A DNA stretch of 64,000 bases from positions 6,014,001 to 6,078,000 of the forward strand of contig CM022678.1 in assembly GCA_012295275.1 (NCBI GenBank), read 5' to 3'. Source of the stretch: Chrysomallon squamiferum. Taxonomy: Eukaryota > Animalia > Mollusca. The stretch's first letter is position 1. Each line of letters starts with the position of its first letter. The notes below the pieces were generated by a model. That model saw only the letters and a program-made list of their open reading frames with translations, was not told the DNA's origin and ran no database searches. Both the position numbers and the translations under genes were made by a program. Below are positions 58,029-64,000 of the stretch, piece after piece.

Positions 58029-58191
58029 TACATATAGGTGGATTATATGTTATGAATTGGCATGTATATGTGTCTTGAGTGGGTATTGTATGTGTGTGTA
58101 TGTATGTGTGTATGTATGTATGTATCTATGTATATATCTATGTATCTATGTATGTATCTATGTAATGTAATGTAATGTAATTGTGTGTGTG

Positions 58192-58228
<37 letters not shown>

Positions 58229-58632
58229 GGATTAAACCATACATTCATAGTATTTTTCAGTAGGTGGCATATGGTAATGTGTATACTGTAGGTACATATG
58301 AATATGTATATAACTTAAGGAAGAATGTGTGTTTTTTATGTATGTGTGTATATACTGGCTGTATGTGTTCATACATATAACTCTAAGTGATTCTGAAGAA
58401 GGCTAAACATTTTCATCTATAAATATTATTTAATATTTCCTTTATTATTCCCATTATTTTATACTGTTAATTAGTATTTTCATAACCACTGTTTCTTTGT
58501 GTTAATTTACAGATTAACAATATATTCAATACTAGATTTATGTAGATACCACTTGTTATCAATATTATTTTATCTCTAGTAATTTCAAGCACACACACAC
58601 ACCCACACAACACATGTATCTGATCTATGTCT

Positions 58633-58664
<32 letters not shown>

Positions 58665-58698
58665 TGTTATCAATATTATTTTATCACTAGTAATTTCA

Positions 58699-58747
<49 letters not shown>

Positions 58748-58972
58748 TTAACTGAAACAGATTATAGATAATCATATTAAACAATGGATTATCAGATTAC
58801 CATTATACACTTAATACTACTACTGGTCTGTACATACGGTCACAAGTTCATGTCTTTCTACGGTTACATGCATAATTATGTAATTCTATATACAACTGAT
58901 ATTAATTTGTGCTGAATCATTCTGTTAGAAACCTTTTTTTTTATATTTGTTTTTTTATTATTATTATTATTA

Positions 58973-59012
<40 letters not shown>

Positions 59013-59560
59013 TTATTTTATTTTTTTTAATTAATATTATTGTACCTCTTTATTCTATTTTTTTCTTGAATGTTTGTCATAACTATAAAATAAAATTGTT
59101 TAGTTCTTAATCAAAATGCTTTAATGGTTATTTTTATTATTACAATAAAAATATTGCTACTCTTTTTATATGGTACTGTTTTAGTTTATTAGCTATTTTT
59201 TTTTATTTTTTTTACTTTTTTTTTTACTTTTTTAATTGTTTTTTCTTTCTATATGAAGTACAGTAGTGTTGATATTTAAAACTTTTGAGTGATTGATTTT
59301 ATTATTATAACAGAACAAAAATTATAATTATTACTCTTAAGTTCTGATATTATTGTTTATGTATTTATGTATGTATGTATGTATGCATGTATGCATGCAT
59401 GTATATTTGTTTGTATGTATGTATGTATTTATTTAGTATAATCATCATTCATAGCATTATGATTTTCATTATTATTATTATTATCATCAATAGGAGCAGC
59501 ATTATTATTATTATTACATCTGTATTATCTTAATATTAGCATAATTCTGTAGAAAAATTT

Positions 59561-59602
<42 letters not shown>

Positions 59603-60490
59603 TGTGTGCGTGCATGCGTGTGTGAAGCTAAAAATACCTGTAGATTTCCAACTCATCCATTAAATGATTTTTCTCTTCTATTTCAGAGCACTGTTTAGAT
59701 CTGGATTTGGAAATGGATCGATGTTACAGGAAAGAATTCAAAACCTTCTCCCCTGTTTGCTTCATCTTGATGTCCTTGTCTTGAAATTCGAACAGAGCAG
59801 AACAACAAGTTATGGGATAGCACGAAATCTGCTTGAAACTTAACTTTTTAAAACTTGAACAAAAAATAGAAATCTTTCATTTTATTTTTATAAGGCATGA
59901 CAGAAAAAAAATATTGTGAACACAAAGTGATAAACAACTGTGATGGACAGACTGACATATCAGAGAGTAATATTTAGCACAGACTTCAATTTTTAATACA
60001 TTCTTTAATGTACGGATGGCGATAATTCTATTTATACTGGAAGAATAAGTGAGGACGTGACGTGTTATTTATTTATTTATTTATTTATGTAACTGTAACC
60101 GTAAGATATATGTGATTATTTTTTTAAATGAAAATTTGCACAAAAACTATTCCCTTACTTCGTGGAAACAACGATAAACACATCATTTGTGATTTTTATA
60201 TCGTTACGAACAGGATGCTGAATATCTGAATGATATTTCGTACTTGTTAAAACTATTCGAATGTTTCAACAGCATTTCATACTTCAGAAAGAAAAAGAGG
60301 ACAGAACAACACATCAACTTCATCGCAAGTAGATTTAAAAAAAATTTGGTGTACTTTCCCCCACCCCCAACAACAAACGATGACAATATCGCGTCTGTCT
60401 ACTTAAAAAAAAAACAGTACTTCAGTGAAACTTCATAACTTCGTAACTTCGGGAGAAGAGAAGAGAAGAGAAGAAAAAAAAAACAAAAAA

Positions 60491-61850
60491 ATGGATGATG
60501 AAGTCCACACACGGGTACACCAAATGGCCATTCACCCGAAAGGTAAATTCGAAGTGAACGGAAACTACGATGCTCCCATTTATCTCGGAGATCTGCGTTT
60601 AGATCCCGAACGGTCAGCCGAGGTCATCCACACAGGATTTAGCTGTCCCGGCGTTACCAGGGCAACCGAAGTGACCGTCCAGCCAATGCGGTCAATGTAC
60701 TTCCCCAGCTCCATGTCAGACTACACACCGTCCTCCTCCTCCTCCTCCGTGCTGATAGAACAGGGCGGCAATAACCACGGCAACCAGGGTCATCGAGGTC
60801 ACCGCGAGGTAAAAGGGAAGGATTCGACGGACGAGGAGGAGGAGGAGTTCGCGAAAAACGCGACGTCTGACGTCGTCGACGATGCCGTTGTCATTGTTCG
60901 CAACGACTTGGTGATTCGGCCCGTCGAGGGTCCACTGCTGCCACCTTGTGGTGATCAGGATGATGATGATGATTGCGAGGTGACGACTGGTGGTGATCAC
61001 AATTTGTCACCCAGTGAAGAAGACCGATTGCATTCTGCTTCCGTGTCAAATAGCCAAACCGAGCAGACGTTGCTGCCCACAACTGAACCGGATCAAAAAA
61101 ACACCAGCAGCGTTGGAGGAAACATCACATCAGATGACGCAGATGCACCAGATGCACCACCTCCTGAAGAACCACATCTTCAGGAGGAGGAGGAGGAGGA
61201 GGAAGAGGAAGAGGAGGAACAACAAAAAATAATAATTTCCAGCACTGTCGAGACCGAAGAAAACAACCCGACGTGGCACAAACACAACGATGCGCGGACA
61301 GACAGCAACAGCAGAAAACTGGACAACGGACTTCTGGTCGAGCGGTCCGTTTCGTTCGTGGACGAGCAGGACGATTCCGATGTTGACGCGGACGTTGTGA
61401 GCTCCGAGGAGAGTGTCGTCCGGCTGAAAGGGGAGGTAACTTTCGCCGACTGCCTGGGTTCGAGCAAAATCCTCGGCGGGGTGGTTCGGGCGGGTCGCGC
61501 AGGTGTGAAGACGCTGAAGGAGAAGCCTCCGCTGATGCCGGGTACCAAGCGCAAACCTCAGACGACTCACTCCTGGTTGCTGCGCTTGTTCGAGTCGAAA
61601 ATGTTCGACATGTCCATAGCGATTTCTTATTTATTCAACTCAAAGGAGCCTGGCGTTCAGACCTATCTAGGTAAGTTTAGCAAAATAGTGTTTTTTGGGG
61701 TTTTTTTAAAATTTTTAAAATTAAAATATATATATATATATATTGTTGGTGTGAATGATGGAGACGTTGTTGGTTGTTGTGTGTTTAATACTTGATTCAT
61801 TTCTGTGTCAGTAATTATCAATATTATTTTATCTCTAGATATTTCGAGTG

Positions 61851-61904
<54 letters not shown>

Positions 61905-62010
61905 AATACAGGTAAAATATGTGTGTTTAATACTCGATTCATTTCTATACCAGTCATTATCATCATTCCAGTAATTATCAATATTATTTTATCTCTAGAT
62001 ATTTCAAGTG

Positions 62011-62067
<57 letters not shown>

Positions 62068-62097
62068 GTAAACTATTCTCGTATCTTCAGTAATTAG

Positions 62098-62128
<31 letters not shown>

Positions 62129-62353
62129 GACATTTTGTTATCTTATCTAGGTTATAGAAAATCATGATCAAATAGTGCGTTATCAGCATTACTATTAAAG
62201 TAGTAATAATAATAGTAAACATACAATAAGTAAATTAAAAGTCTTAATAAAGCAACAACCCTCAATCAAAATAATAAGTCTTTTTCATTCATTTTGATTT
62301 TTGTTCATGGCATTTGGGCCTTTTCTTAATTTTTCATTTGAAAAAGTAAATAA

Positions 62354-62388
<35 letters not shown>

Positions 62389-63834
62389 TTTCAATAACCA
62401 TTTGAAAAATTACATGTTTGACGATGTTTAATAGGTCCAACAAAAGAAGATTTTTATGCTGTCATTTTATGTATAAAATCACTTGATGACTAGTAATGGG
62501 ATAAAACGGAATCATTAATAATTTTAAAAAATTTATAATGTTTTTATTCTTCTTTATTTTTGTAATTTTTTTGTAAATATTTTTCTTAAAACTTTCAGGA
62601 AATCGTATGTTCAGTTTCAAAGACGAAAATGTAGACTTTTACCTGCCTCAGCTGCTCAACATGTACATACAAATGCATGACGTTGCTGAAGCCATCCATC
62701 CTTACCTGGTCCACAGGTATACATAATCTATATTTTAATACCACCTTATTAAAATATCTTGTCTATGAATATAACGTAACGTAACGTAACGTATTTAAGC
62801 CGGCAGAAGTGATTCTTAAATGGTATGCCTCGACAGACTACTGTGCCTAAAAGTTTGAGGATCCAAAAGTATGCTACTGTTAATTATAAACATGTTTTCT
62901 ATATGTGTATAGTCAAATTAAATTTATGTTCAACTGATTAAGACACGTTTTTAACTTTCTGGTCTGTGAATATATCAAATCTTTCATCCTACAGAAGTTA
63001 TTTTTAAAACAGTATGCCATAGCACATAAGTGTATCTAAGGAGACCCAAAAGTATGCTACACTTAATAAAAATTATATATTTTAAATTTTTCTCTGTAAA
63101 TATAACATAAATCGAAAATGCAAAATATTGGTCTTTTATGAAGCATCTGCAGGAATGCCATGGGAATTAAGAAGAAAATCATATTTGATGTATTTATTTT
63201 ACTTTTATTATTTTCTTTCATTCTTTATATAAAAAGTATAGCGAGTGCAGTGTTGTTTCATGAAGGGTGTGTGTGTGAGAAAGATAGGAAGACAGACAGA
63301 CAGACAGACAGACAGAGAGAGAGTAAATATGTATGTATGAATGAATGTATGTCTATATCGTTATATGCATTTGTGCATGTGTGTGTGAGTCTGTAAATAC
63401 ATCTGTGTGTGAGTGTGTGTGTGTGTCTGTGAGTATGTGTGTCTGAGTGTGTGTGTATGTGAGTGTGTGTGAGTGTGTGTGTGAGTGTGAGTGTGTCTGT
63501 GTCTGTGTGTGTCTGTGTGAGTGTGTGTGTGAGTGTGTGTGAGTGTGTCTGTCTGTGTGTGTGTGTCTGTGTGTGTGAGTGTGTGTGTGTGAGTGTATCT
63601 GAGTGTGTGTGTATGTCTGTGAGTGATTGTGTTTGTGTGTGTGAGTGTGCTTACACATACATGTATAAATATCTATATCTATGTAAATACTATGTGCAGG
63701 TGTCGTAACAGCGTAGAGTTCTCTATAACGACAGCGTGGCTGCTTGGTGCCTACTCTGCCGATGTTCTCAAACCTTCGTGGAAGAATTCACAGGGTGTAA
63801 AGTTCCGCAATATGATTCTCAACGAAGAGTTGAG
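60491..63834 (+). CDS. PI4KB: Phosphatidylinositol 4-kinase III beta, 5' part (coding exons 60491-61670, 62599-62716, 63700-63834; continues beyond the window)
   Basis: Spliced translation [92 protein letters not shown] matches the PI4KB helical (PIK) domain. Introns are GT-AG with consistent phases. Confidence 0.95.
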
Positions 63835-63892
63835 GTAAGTAGCATATGTACACTTGCACACACCTACACACACACACAAACATACACACACA

Positions 63893-63933
<41 letters not shown>

Positions 63934-64000
63934 AGACCTACACACACACAAACACACACACACACACAGACAGACACAGATGTACATAAACACCAACAAA

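Noticed and set aside
60425-61795. 456-aa single ORF as a complete protein
   Set aside because: It starts at a GTG upstream of the likely ATG (60491) and runs past the donor at 61670 into intron. It is one PI4KB exon.

Overview
This is AT-rich, microsatellite-dense eukaryotic DNA with spliceosomal introns. It looks invertebrate, and a gastropod mollusc is my inference. The left part (1-28.7 kb) is a locally duplicated array of a gene for a secreted ~560-aa protein built from four ~130-aa internal repeats that I cannot assign to a named family. There are four open copies (+,+,-,-; the first is truncated by the window edge) and a remnant of a fifth copy whose coding region is almost entirely deleted. 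Repeat 2 is hypervariable between copies, and repeat 4 carries an RRKR furin site followed by a variable number of WWG motifs. Next to the array is a two-exon gene absent from the ORF track (29930-29894 + 28998-28925, - strand). It encodes a 36-aa precursor: a signal peptide plus the Arg/Gly-rich peptide WGRRGGRGRRCGRKG, a candidate novel antimicrobial or bioactive peptide. The right part holds a complete multi-exon FBXO9 (-) arranged head-to-head with the 5' part of PI4KB (+), plus MITEs, SINE-like fragments and minisatellites. Gene models were assembled by hand from splice signals and reading frames; no searches were run.
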